Shown here piece after piece: positions 1 to 10,975 of a stretch of DNA of 64,000 nucleotides. This stretch comes from Octopus bimaculoides (taxonomy: Eukaryota): NCBI RefSeq assembly GCF_001194135.2, contig NC_068983.1:130680742-130744741 (forward strand). Reading direction: 5' to 3'. The translations under genes and the position numbers were made by a program. The stretch's first letter is position 1; each line of letters starts with the position of its first letter. The notes under the pieces were generated by a model, which searched no databases, had not been told where the DNA came from, and worked only from the letters and a program-made list of their open reading frames with translations.

Positions 1-51
<51 letters not shown>

Positions 52-145
52 TATATATGCATGTATAAATATATACATAGGTAAATATACGTATAGATAG
101 ATAGATACATACATACATAAATAAATACATACATACATACATACA
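1..145. repeat. Compound microsatellite (AT)n, (AC)n, (GATA)/(TACA)n
   Basis: Direct reading of tandem di- and tetranucleotide units. Confidence 0.95.
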
Positions 146-676
146 TTGATTAGAAATGTCAGAAGTGAAACAAATATCTTTTAATTAAAACAAAATATTA
201 TTTTGATACTTTAGGTTAAGATGATCATAACTACTTCAATTAATCTATTCCATTCTTAAGATTATTCAAAAATTCGAAAAGTTCCACGATATTCACTTGG
301 TAACTGGAATGCCAACTAAATGCTTTCCAGGTGGAATAATATATGGAATTTTGAACATTAGACTATTCGAATGTTCACAGCTAGTGTAGGATAACTCTTT
401 AAACTTACACTGGTGAAGAGATGTTGTGCATATCAGAGAATAAGTGAGGAAACGGAGAAAATTGAATATAGTTAACAGAAAGAGATCCCCAATTAATGAA
501 TTATTTTGTAATTCTTACAGTTTACTAGGTAAAAAACGACTTTCTTCTAACGGCTTTCAAGGGTCTGTGTATGCGCGTATGTATTTATGTATGCATGTAG
601 ATGCGAACGCACACATGCATCTATATATTCATGCATGACCGTGTATTGGTGAGTGTATATGAGCGTCTGAGTGAAT

Positions 677-945
677 GCGCGTGGCTTAGTGGTTAGGGTA
701 TTTGGTTCTCGTTCGTAAAGTCGTGAGTTCCTTCCCGGCGATAGCTTGTATTCTTGAGCAAGGCACTTTATTTTATGTTGCTCCAGTTCACTAAAAAGAC
801 GAAAATGAGTAATACCTGTATTTCAAAGACCCAAACTTTTCATATTCTATGTCAAGTCGAATCTACTTGAGAACTGGATTGATGGTACACGTAGATCGGG
901 TAACTAGAACCTTCATCATCGTAACCAGCGAAGTGCCAGGTTATT
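677..945 (+). mobile_element. tRNA-derived SINE, family C (degenerate)
   Basis: A-box-like tggcttagtgg and B-box-like gagttc..tccc, then a ttgagcaaggcacttta core. The tail matches the minus-strand copy at 38120-38385. Confidence 0.7.
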
Positions 946-2767
946 TTTTTCTAATGAGTGCCTGAGTAACTATGTGTGTGTGCGCGCGCCTGTATGCGTA
1001 TGTTCGCACGTGCCAGTGTATGTGTGATATTATACAAATATACATGTGTACATGTATGTCTGGAGATTATTAAAAATCGCAAATTATTCAGTCAGAATGA
1101 ACCACTAAATGTTTGATGTTAAAAACTTTCAGGAAAAGCGAAATACACACTGGAAGAAGAAATAATATCAGTAACAAAATTGGAATGCCATCGAAGTACT
1201 ACATGTAATTTTCCCGGTGATGAGTTAATCTAGTAATTTCAAGCTTTGCAACCAAACAATTCTCATTCATTGCCTTTTATTTTCACACTTAAATAAGGAC
1301 CATTTATATATCATGTATTCTATCAAAACTTGATGAACCGATTTAGAGTACATAAGCAACAGATCATGAAATTATGTAGACACACAGGTGGATTCAAAAA
1401 TTCCCATGTTTATTCAAAATATTCGAAGGAAATTATTAATTTCCTCATGCACATGTTAATGAGTATGTGTGTGCGAGCACGTGTGTACATGTATGCACAA
1501 CTATGTTGGATGTTTCAATAATCCTAATGAACTGTTTCAAAAACGAGGCTAATTGTTGTTATAGCAGCCACTGCTTTGCATTTATAATTGCCTTCGTCAT
1601 CAGTTGCCGTTCCTTTTGTTGTTTGACACAAGATGAGCTATCAACAAATAGGCTTTTGAGGAAGTGCATTCGCGCGTGTTCAATCTAATGTTAATTTTGT
1701 ATCCCAGCGTAGTGCGTCTATGACTGCATTATCCAATGCATTTTTATCGTTCATGTACGTTTACGTTGGAATATTAGGAAGATATCTCCGTTATTACTTG
1801 TGAGATGGTCACATGCGGGATACATCTTTTGGTACTGTACTAAAAGTTGCGCAATACCACAGCGCTGCTGGCGAAAGACCTTGGCCCTATTTTACTCAAG
1901 TTTGCTAAATATATATGTGATTCTAGATTGTAAGAATGAAATATCTGTGGAATTATTAAACAAAAATCTCGATTACAAGAGAAGTATCGAGTTAATTGTA
2001 GAAAAGTGAATTTACAAATACAAATGTAAAATTTTAATTTTCATCTACTTGGGAAATAAATTTTTGGAATAAAATAAAGCAAGAATAAATCATTCAACAT
2101 TCTTTATAATGAAAATAAATTTTGAGTACTTGACTTGTTGACTGTTAATATATTTGTCATCGACTCCCACTAGCATTCTATTACAATTCTTCCCTCGAGT
2201 GTGTTCTTCAATTTCCAAGCCAAAGATCATAACCGAAGAACTTGTTCAGCAAATTAGAATAGAATAATAAAAGAATTAATTGTTTTTATTCCGTTTTTGT
2301 CATAGACACCATGTCAGGGCAATCATTTTTCTTTCCGTCAATCGAGTGGAATCAATTTTCATTATTAAAAAATACAAGAAATCATTATTAGATCTCACAG
2401 TTTTCTGTTTACGACGCTTTGTAATTTTTTTCTTATTTAATATTGTAAATTGATATTTTATTGACAAAAATACAACTAAATGAAATTTAATAGACAATAA
2501 AAGTAATGCAATTTCAAGAGGAATATGCACGTTTTATGCATGTATTCCACTTATATATACAATATACAAGTAATTGAACAACAAGAAAAATCGATATGAA
2601 TAATAAATTAAATATAAGGCTTTAATGTATATATTTCTTAAGCATATAGACGAGAACAAATTCATTCACACGCATGCAGACATCTATACCCTAACACCAC
2701 CACGCGCATACATATACATACGCATATGTATACACATATATACGTGTGTGTCCGTCTGAATATGTGT

Positions 2768-2816
<49 letters not shown>

Positions 2817-2872
2817 ATCGCTTATGTGGCCCATATCAGAGTGCTAATTAAAGTTAATCGTGTAGCACAGGG

Positions 2873-3305
2873 AAGACGGCGAGTTGGCAGAAACGTTAGC
2901 ACGCCGGGCGAAATGCTCAGCGGGTTTTCCTCTGCTGGTACGTTCTGAGTTCAAATTCCGCCGAGGTCGACTTTGCTTTTCATCGTTTCGGCGTCGATTA
3001 AATAAGTACCAGTTACGCACTGGGGTCGATATAATCGAATTTATCTGTTTGTCTGTCCTTGTTTGTCCCCTCTGTGTGTAGCCCCTTGTGGGCAGTAAAG
3101 AAATAAGAAACGTTAGCACGCCGAGCGTAATGTTTAGCGGTAGTTCGTCTGTCATTACGTTCTGAGTTCAAATTCTGCTGAGGTCGACTTTACCTTTCAT
3201 CCTTTCGGAGTCGATAAATTAAGTACTAGTTGCGTACTGGTTCGATCTAATCGACTGACCCGCTCCCCCAAAATTTGGGGCCTTGTGCCTACAGTAGAAA
3301 AGAAT
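2873..3305 (+). mobile_element. Head-to-tail dimer of tRNA-derived SINE family A, flanked by a 20-bp target-site duplication
   Basis: Unit 1 at 2873-3107 and unit 2 at 3108-3305, both with gttagcacgcc, gagttcaaatt and gtcgacttt. Flanks are aatcgtgtagcacagggaag (2856-2875) and aatcgtgtgccacagggaag (3303-3322). Confidence 0.85.
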
Positions 3306-3645
3306 CGTGTGCCACAGGGAAGGATGGTGGGATGTGAAATAGAGAAAGCGAATTACGAGCAGCCTTTGTCAATCGGATACACGAATAAGTGTAAAATCAA
3401 CTGCTTGAAAGTCGTCGAGGTTCTCGTCGATATATATCTCAGCAATTTAGACTAGATACCTAAATAGTCTACACACTTACAACTTTCTGTAAGAAAAATA
3501 ATCTTGTATCTTATACTTTCTCTCTTATCTTTTGCTTGTTCCGCTCATTCGACTTTGAAGAATTATAGTTAACGATCGACACTACTATTTTTTAAAGCCT
3601 GATATTCACATTTGACGTATATTTGTCATTATCTTCTTTGTTGTT

Positions 3646-3690
3646 AACACAACTCTTCGGCTGATATGCTTCCAGCTTTCACCATGTGTC
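3646..3690 (-). ncRNA. Degenerate minimal hammerhead motif (core mutated)
   Basis: Minus strand reads gacac ATGGTGA a agctg..cagcc GAAG agtt gtgtt. Homologous to the intact copies, but both core boxes are altered. Confidence 0.5.
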
Positions 3691-3758
3691 TTGGGGAAAT
3701 TTCGTGCCTGCGTTCTCATTCCTAAGGTATGTTTCGATGTTGTTATAATTATTATTCT

Positions 3759-3831
3759 GGTCCCTGTTCGGAATCGAACTTGGAATCTTGGATTTAGCAG
3801 ACCACGCGCTTAACAACTACACCATATTCCC
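3759..3831 (-). promoter_or_regulatory. tRNA-like module with Pol III A/B boxes inside PLE family P1
   Basis: Minus strand reads gggaata TGGTGTAGTTG..ctgctaa..AAGTTCGATTCC, with tRNA-like box spacing and poor acceptor and T-stem pairing. Confidence 0.65.
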
Positions 3832-3946
3832 GTGGAGAATTATGAAGTGAAATGTATGGCTTATAAATCTAATATTCTCCTATCCTTCTTTAATACCGGT
3901 TCACACATGCTATTCATATCTGCATCCAGGTTCGAAATTTTCCCAA

Positions 3947-3992
3947 AACACCTGAGGAAGATTTGAAGGTATATCAGTCGAAACGTTGTGTT
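3947..3992 (+). ncRNA. Minimal type-I hammerhead ribozyme motif with intact core
   Basis: Stem I AACAC(3947-51)/GTGTT(3988-92); CTGAGGA at 3952-58; extra A; stem II GATT../..AGTC; GAAA at 3980-83; ACGT palindrome in place of stem III; predicted GUU cleavage after 3987. Confidence 0.7.
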
Positions 3993-4051
3993 AACAATAA
4001 ACAAGATGAGGACAAATATCCGTCAAATGTCAATAATGTAAATATATATAT

Positions 4052-4790
4052 NNNNNNNNNNNNNNNNNNNNNNNNNNNNNNNNNNNNNNNNNNNNNNNNN
4101 NNNNNNNNNNNNNNNNNNNNNNNNNNNNNNNNNNNNNNNNNNNNNNNNNNNNNNNNNNNNNNNNNNNNNNNNNNNNNNNNNNNNNNNNNNNNNNNNNNNN
4201 NNNNNNNNNNNNNNNNNNNNNNNNNNNNNNNNNNNNNNNNNNNNNNNNNNNNNNNNNNNNNNNNNNNNNNNNNNNNNNNNNNNNNNNNNNNNNNNNNNNN
4301 NNNNNNNNNNNNNNNNNNNNNNNNNNNNNNNNNNNNNNNNNNNNNNNNNNNNNNNNNNNNNNNNNNNNNNNNNNNNNNNNNNNNNNNNNNNNNNNNNNNN
4401 NNNNNNNNNNNNNNNNNNNNNNNNNNNNNNNNNNNNNNNNNNNNNNNNNNNNNNNNNNNNNNNNNNNNNNNNNNNNNNNNNNNNNNNNNNNNNNNNNNNN
4501 NNNNNNNNNNNNNNNNNNNNNNNNNNNNNNNNNNNNNNNNNNNNNNNNNNNNNNNNNNNNNNNNNNNNNNNNNNNNNNNNNNNNNNNNNNNNNNNNNNNN
4601 NNNNNNNNNNNNNNNNNNNNNNNNNNNNNNNNNNNNNNNNNNNNNNNNNNNNNNNNNNNNNNNNNNNNNNNNNNNNNNNNNNNNNNNNNNNNNNNNNNNN
4701 NNNNNNNNNNNNNNNNNNNNNNNNNNNNNNNNNNNNNNNNNNNNNNNNNNNNNNNNNNNNNNNNNNNNNNNNNNNNNNNNNNNNNNNNNN
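4052..4790. other. Assembly gap (N run). Other large gaps: 19588-20057, 29293-30027, 30878-31021, 37368-38050, 50281-50571, 61291-61766, 62413-62785
   Basis: N characters, mostly bordered by microsatellites. Gap limits are approximate. Confidence 0.98.
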
Positions 4791-4904
4791 TATATATACC
4801 GGATGAATCTACACTAGTATTGTAAGTTCTATACATATTCTTTGATAATATTATATCAGGCTTCTTGTTGAACCGTTAATTTACAGTGGTGTAAATACAC
4901 GTCA

Positions 4905-5165
4905 CTACCGATTGCCAAGCGAGGTTGTGGGTAAAAACTAACATAACGACACACACATTCACACGCACACGCATGCACAGGCACACAAACACACACATAT
5001 ACGTATATGTACGAGCGGCCACTTTCGATTCCGTCTACCAAATCCACTCACAGGGCTTTAGTTGATCCGAGGTTATAGTGGATGAAACTTGGTCAACGTG
5101 TCAGACAATGGGACTAAACCTGAATCTATGCTTTGGGAAACAAAATTTTTACCACACAGCCACAC
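4905..5165 (-). mobile_element. tRNA-derived SINE, family B
   Basis: Reverse complement matches 19365-19530 (gtgtggt head, agtggatttggtagacggaa tail) and ends in a CA/TA microsatellite. Confidence 0.7.
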
Positions 5166-5324
5166 TTTCGATTGTATGTACGTCTAATGTATTCGCGTGT
5201 GCTCGTATTATACATTATATATAAATGCGTTCTACGCATGTATTTATACATACGTATATNNNNNNNNNNTGTGTGTGTGTGTGTGTGTGTGTGTGTTTGT
5301 CTTGTGTACGTGTTGATCCAAAGC

Positions 5325-5500
5325 CACCGCTTCACAAAAGGTGTCGGTGTATATTTACGTCCGCATAACTTAGCGGTTAGATGAAGGAACTGCTATAATA
5401 AGTACTGGGGTTGATTCGTTCAACTAAAATTCTTCTAAGTGGTGCTCCGGCATGGTCACAGTGTAATGAGTGAAACAAAAATATGATAAAAAGATAAAAT
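5325..5500 (+). mobile_element. SINE-like repeat, family D fragment
   Basis: ggtgt..tttacgtcc..aacttagcggtt is shared, inverted, with 37225-37320. The agtactggggttgatt core resembles family A. Confidence 0.55.
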
Positions 5501-6004
5501 AACTATATCAATCTTACCTGTATTTGAACTGAGAAATTAAATGTTCATAATGAAATCCCAGTAATGTAAGTATTAATATCATATTAATGACAAATATCCT
5601 ACAGTGCATATCTTTGCTTCAAAATATCATTATAATAAAGAAAACATCATTTTTCTTAGGGCAGAAAATTGACATATAGAATGCTTTGGCATAAAGCTAC
5701 TTTGATTCATATGTGAATTGCATACGTTTTAGACTCCATTCATTAACATTCCTTGAAATAATTTACAATAACCATCAGACACATTCTCCTACTGTTATAT
5801 AATCTCCTCCGATGCGAATATTTGAGAATATATGACCCACTGGTAATATATGTATTCGTCATCATTGTTAATAATCTGCTAATTGCAATTTCAGTTGAAT
5901 ATCATGTTTTCCTTTTTGCGTTTTGTTTTTCTTTTTTTTTTTTCGTGCGCTGAATCAATATTGACGAGAAATATTACAGAAATATTACAACCGCATAATA
6001 CTAT

Positions 6005-6375
6005 TTCTTTCTTACTTTAGTACAAGGCCGGCAGTTATAGGAGTGGAAGGTAGTCGATTACATGGACTCCAGTGCTCAGCTGATACTCATTTTATAGACT
6101 CCATCCGGATGAAAGTTTAGGTTGGCCTCGGTGGAGTATAAACTCAAAACTTACAGATCTAACGATTCTGCAAGTTCTCCGGCTAATAATAATAACAATG
6201 CTTTCTTCGACAGACACAAGGTAGCGGGGGCTAAGCAATTACATCGAACCCCAGTGCTCAACTGTTAGTTATTTTATTGACTCGAAACGAATAAAGGCAA
6301 CGTCGACTGCGGCGATGTTTGAACTCCAAATGTAAAGACGTGTGAACTGCATCTAAGCGTTTAGTCCGAGTACTC
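6005..6375 (-). mobile_element. Two adjacent degenerate family A SINEs (6005-6184 and 6200-6375)
   Basis: Reverse-complement matches to tcgattaca..ccagt, ggatgaaag..gtcgac and gaactc; separated by (AAT)n. Confidence 0.65.
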
Positions 6376-7056
6376 AATATTTTATCAATCAGTACAAAGG
6401 ATTCTTCTCTCCGACCCCTTTTGGTGACAACATAAAATAATTTAGACCAGATTTATCTCTTTCAATCATCGTAACTTTTGTATATTTTTTAGAGGCCGGT
6501 GACTAGTCTTAACTGGTTGGTTTTGAGATGGAGCAGTAGAGCAAAAGTGTAGGCAGTGAGCACTGTCGCTCATGGCAATGATCATGATACCATTCTATTA
6601 ACTTACAACCTGTTGTACACGTGAATATGGCTGCTGGTTCTTTGTATACGGATATGATCTAAAAGTCCCGGATTTGCTTTTGAGGCAGCAACATCTGCTT
6701 TTGTCTACTGCATTCTTTTTTTTTTCTACTCATCCCTTAATATGAGAAAATTATCAAGTGGCATTTCCTACCTCATGCATAACACAAGGACATTTAGTTT
6801 CCCACTACCGAAATAACTCTTCTCATCGCCACTCACAAATTAAAGCGCAGTTTCTGAACAACCTCCGCTAGTTTAACGGCATCAGAACTACCTCCGCTAG
6901 TTTAATATCGTCAGTACTAACGATGCAAGAGAGATGGTTGATAGTAGTGGAAAGAGATATATTAGATTGTTGATCATCGATACATGTTGGCGAGTTCAAG
7001 AAAATAAATTATGTTACCCTCATAGTTGGGATATGTGATACATAGCAGATAACAAT

Positions 7057-7809
7057 ATGTGGAACTTGGCGTTGTTGCTGTTATTGACGTCCCTGCTGTT
7101 TTCTAGTTCTCACGTATCGTTCGTATTTCCATACGTATTGCAACAAAGCTTTCTGCCATGTTACACCAGTCAAAATATTCTCCTTCCTTCGTCTCTCTTG
7201 AGGACTTCAGGAGAATCTTCCTAATTACACATTGTTCAGTATTATCTCTGCGCTGTAAACATTATCTCTTGCTGAAAATATAATGATGAAGGAAGCGTAA
7301 GCATAACCAAAGATGTCCCTAATTTTTCGACCAGTATACAACATCACTAGTATGAATGCAGATGCGTTGTACACTACACCAAATTGTTGTTTTACCTCGC
7401 ACTCGATTTCAAAGACGAGTTGCACTTTTCTACGTTCATATATTGGTCTATTGACTACATATCATGCCACAAATCGACTTTACTTTCTTCCAACTGTTTT
7501 TTTCGATTGCTCGCTACGCTGCAGGAAGACGAGGTATGTTCCTATATGTGTTCCTCGACCATCATCTTCTCCGTAGTTCAAGAATGCACACACCCTTATG
7601 ACAAATTTTAGAAATATTTCTTTTTTCAGGAGATGACTTATATGGACACAACCTTCTTGTCAGCAATTCTAGCAAACCTGTTGTTAATGCTCTTAACAAT
7701 AATTTTATGTGAAATATTATTTTTTCATTTGCTCAAGTGTTTTTTGCCTTTTTATTTGTTTCATATTCTAAATATTGTCCTATTATTTAAATGCCTTAAT
7801 CGAAAGTAG
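7057..7809 (+). pseudogene. Candidate two-exon pseudogene (7057-7533, 7630-7809): signal peptide, Cys-containing region, hydrophobic C-terminus
   Basis: ATG 7057 gives MWNLALLLLLTSLLFSSS. The frame is kept to the donor gag|gtatgt, across a 96-nt GT-AG intron, into an open 59-codon hydrophobic exon. In-frame stops at 7222, 7273 and 7348. No family recognised. Confidence 0.3.
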
Positions 7810-9224
7810 AAAGAAGAGGGAGGATGAAGGAGATATGAAAGAGGATGAAGGAGAGATGAGAGAGGATGAAGGAGAGGAGAAAGAGAATTATAGGGAGAAG
7901 AATTTTGAATAACTAGTAAACAAATATTTGTACAAATATAAAATATAAATTTCCAAGTACAAAGCTTCTTTCTCCTCTCCAAGTTAATGTAGGCGGACAT
8001 TCAAATGCTCCAAACCCTTGAATTGTCGACATAATGGTAAAAGAATTAATTGTCCTTCAAGTTGTTCAACGTCATAAAAGCCAAATTTTCACGGAACCAT
8101 TCCAATCTTGCACAGCAAGAACTGTAGCGACAACACCACAACCACCCCTTCTAACAAAAACAGCAACAACAACAACAATGATTATGATGATGATGAGGAG
8201 GAGGAGGAGGGGGAGGAGGAAGTGGAGCATTACTCGTTCTTAAAATGCGAACAGTGTAGTGAAGCAGAATAATAGACAAGAAAAGAAAAAATAAATGTGT
8301 GACATCAAAATAAAAACAAAACACGACTGTTTTTTTTTTTCATTTCTTTAAAGTATTTTATTTGATAATTAAGTCTTCTTTTACATTGCGCAATACACTA
8401 CTAGAATTAAAATTAATAAAATAAAAACAAAAACAAAAAATATATTTTTGTATTGATTAATATGATGTGTGAAAAACGCAGTATCAATTTCCAACATCAT
8501 GCTCGGATAATTATCACAGTATAAAACAATTAGAAGCAATCCTTAAAACCATAGATCATGCTGTCAACATCATAATTTTAAATTCTATGGGGAAGTATTA
8601 TATCATCTCAGCAAATTGTTATTTGACAAAGGATAACTGATTACTAATAAGTGACGTTTCATAAATTCAGTCTTTCATTTATTTTTAACTGAACACGCAT
8701 AAAATGATTATAATATATTTGTTTGTCAATGGAGAACATCTCACAGGAACAAAAGGGAAGAAAAGGAACATATATTATGAGGTGTTTCAATCCACATCCG
8801 TAAGACACATGCTCTGTCTTTGCTTGAAATAGCAGTCGAATAGCTTCCAACTGTCCAAGCAGACATGACCAAGCTTCACCGTTTTCCTGGATATGAAGGA
8901 TGGAATCAGTAATAACTGGATTTCATTAGACATCTTCAGAGTTTCTGACTAAAACGTTTTCTCGAAGATGCGGAGAAACTGTTAAAGATTTTGAAATTCG
9001 AATATGGAAGTGCAAGCAGTGCTAATAACAAGGGATCACTAGATATGATAAAAAAATATTGTTAACATATATATATACAGGGTGTCCACAAGGTCTGGGT
9101 ACATGGAGTAAATAAAATCATAACATAAACAATTAAATATAAGAAATAGCATCGTGGTGGTGGCAATGACAATAATAGTGATAGTAATTATAGTGGTGGT
9201 CTTGATAGCAGTGGTAATAGTGAT

Positions 9225-9290
9225 AATAAAAGTACTGATAATAATAATAAGAATTATAGCAACAAGAATAACAACAACAACAACAAAAAC

Positions 9291-9336
<46 letters not shown>

Positions 9337-9449
9337 GTAAAAGGAATATGAATAAGAGGAAAAGAAGAAGAAGAAGAAGAAGAAGAAGAAGAAGAAGAAG
9401 AAGAAGAAGAAGAAGAAGAAGAAGAAGAAGAAGAAGAAGAAGAAGAAGA
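9225..9449. repeat. Compound trinucleotide microsatellite (AAT/AAC)n-(GAA)n
   Basis: Direct reading. Confidence 0.95.
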
Positions 9450-10975
9450 ACCCTCTGACTATGAAGTCCAACTAGCAGGAGTGGGGAATAGAAACGAAAA
9501 TGCTTGGCACCTTCACATAATCTGTGCTCCGGATACGCTCTGCTTGTTAGCTTTGCCCTGTAATCAGCCTAGCAAAAGATCACTCTGATGTCGAAACCAG
9601 AGGGGGAAGGCCTTTCCGGCCTTGGTAGGGAATCTTACCAATGATGGTGTCACGAGAAATGACCTGTTTGGTCGTATCCTAAAAGTGCACCTCATTTATG
9701 AGTGAAAATGTCAAACAAACAGCTAATGATATCGGTGTGAACGGGTCTGGAGCTAATTGTGATGGTGTTTTACCACGTAAGTAAGTGTCCTTTGGTGTAG
9801 CAGGGTAGAGACAGTTGCAATCCAGCAAATACTAACCATACTGCGAAACAAAAGTGGAGTAAGCAAGAAAAAATGATGGTCACAGAGCGGTATTATCGGA
9901 GTATTCTAGTAGACAGTAAACGGCGCATCGGACAGAGGATACCGGCAACGAATATACAAATAATGGAAGTGGGTAGAACTGTTTGAAACCGCAGAAGAGA
10001 AATTGTGATTAAACAAGAGAAATACAAAAGCATGGATGATTATTATGGATGGAGTTAGAAACTATCAAAAGAAGGATATCTGTGGATTCTGATCTTATGA
10101 GAAACATAAGTGGCATAATTAAAGAAATAGTCAATCGCTCACAGGAATATACTGGTGAAAGATTGAGATCAGAGAAAAGTTAAACGGTGAAGATCATATG
10201 ATAATGAACAGGATTTAAGTCTATTAAATGCAGAAGCAAAAGAATTTCTGAGTAACTTCAATAGAGACTAAATCAAGAAACAAGTAAAGTCAATAATATG
10301 TTGAAGCACGTAGAAACAAAGAAAATGTCACTAACAAATAAACGCACCATGGTTGCAAGTAGGACTTTTGACTGTTGCAGAATGGATGAGGCTGAAGATC
10401 AATCAGAAAAGAGCGAATACTTGCCAATAAAGCTAAACTAAGTAGGTTTGAACAACGAAAAAAAGAATACCGACAAAACCACCGATTGTGAGAATCGACT
10501 AAAAAACTATTTTATCAAGAAACTAATGATGTTTTCGCATGCGAAGTATTACTTCCTGGTGCTAATGATGAAAGTCGAAATTTTGGGGTTAGATATGGAG
10601 TAAGCAAGAACAACGTAATACTGGACCTGTATGAACTAGTGCAAGAGAGATTCGTCACACTGAACACATTTCAAGCAGGCGCAGCAGACAAAATTACCAC
10701 AGTTATAGAATTTGTCCCGAATATATAATGCCCCTTGGTAGCACTGATGACTATGAAGAAAGCCCTAAAAGTATCTTAGACTCAGTGAATATTTGCGCAA
10801 CGGATGTTTACCACAAATTAATTATCGGACTAGAGTAGCCTGCTCTTACCACAAAAATCGTAAGAACAAGCTTTCCGTTCTGGTTACCTATGAAACGGGA
10901 CAAGATAACAGCGGCAGAAAATGTAATAGATCACAGATACAATGGAAGCACTCACAATTTGATACCGGTTATTTA
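9450..10975 (+). mobile_element. R4/Dong-like non-LTR retrotransposon, decayed 5' half
   Basis: Begins right after (GAA)n. Broken frames resemble the N-terminal and pre-RT region of the minus-strand copies at 33-34.8 kb and 60-61 kb. Many stops. Confidence 0.6.

Larger units (their letters stand above)
3608..4030 (-). mobile_element. Penelope-like element 3' end (family P1) with an inverted partial terminal repeat
   Basis: 3608-3929 is colinear with 23170-23530, which joins a GIY-YIG ORF end. 3608-3704 and 3933-4030 are about 97-bp inverted repeats, a typical PLE truncation structure. Confidence 0.75.

Noticed and set aside
1540-1900. Ig-domain motif DDEGNYKCKA on the minus strand
   Set aside because: An isolated motif in a frame with many stops, without the correctly spaced first Cys and Trp or splice sites.
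6861-6918. 29-bp tandem duplication (also the 21-bp purine repeat at 7815-7880)
   Set aside because: Ordinary short local duplications with no further structure.
7350-7809. Cys-loop or chemotactile receptor M1-M2 (RRVALFYV, EMTYMDTTFLS)
   Set aside because: It needs a frame switch, and no Cys-loop or WxPD ectodomain motif lies upstream; likely chance similarity.
9133-9471. Homopolymeric ORFs (poly-F/Y/I/L/N and similar) here and elsewhere
   Set aside because: They are translations of microsatellites, with no other coding evidence.
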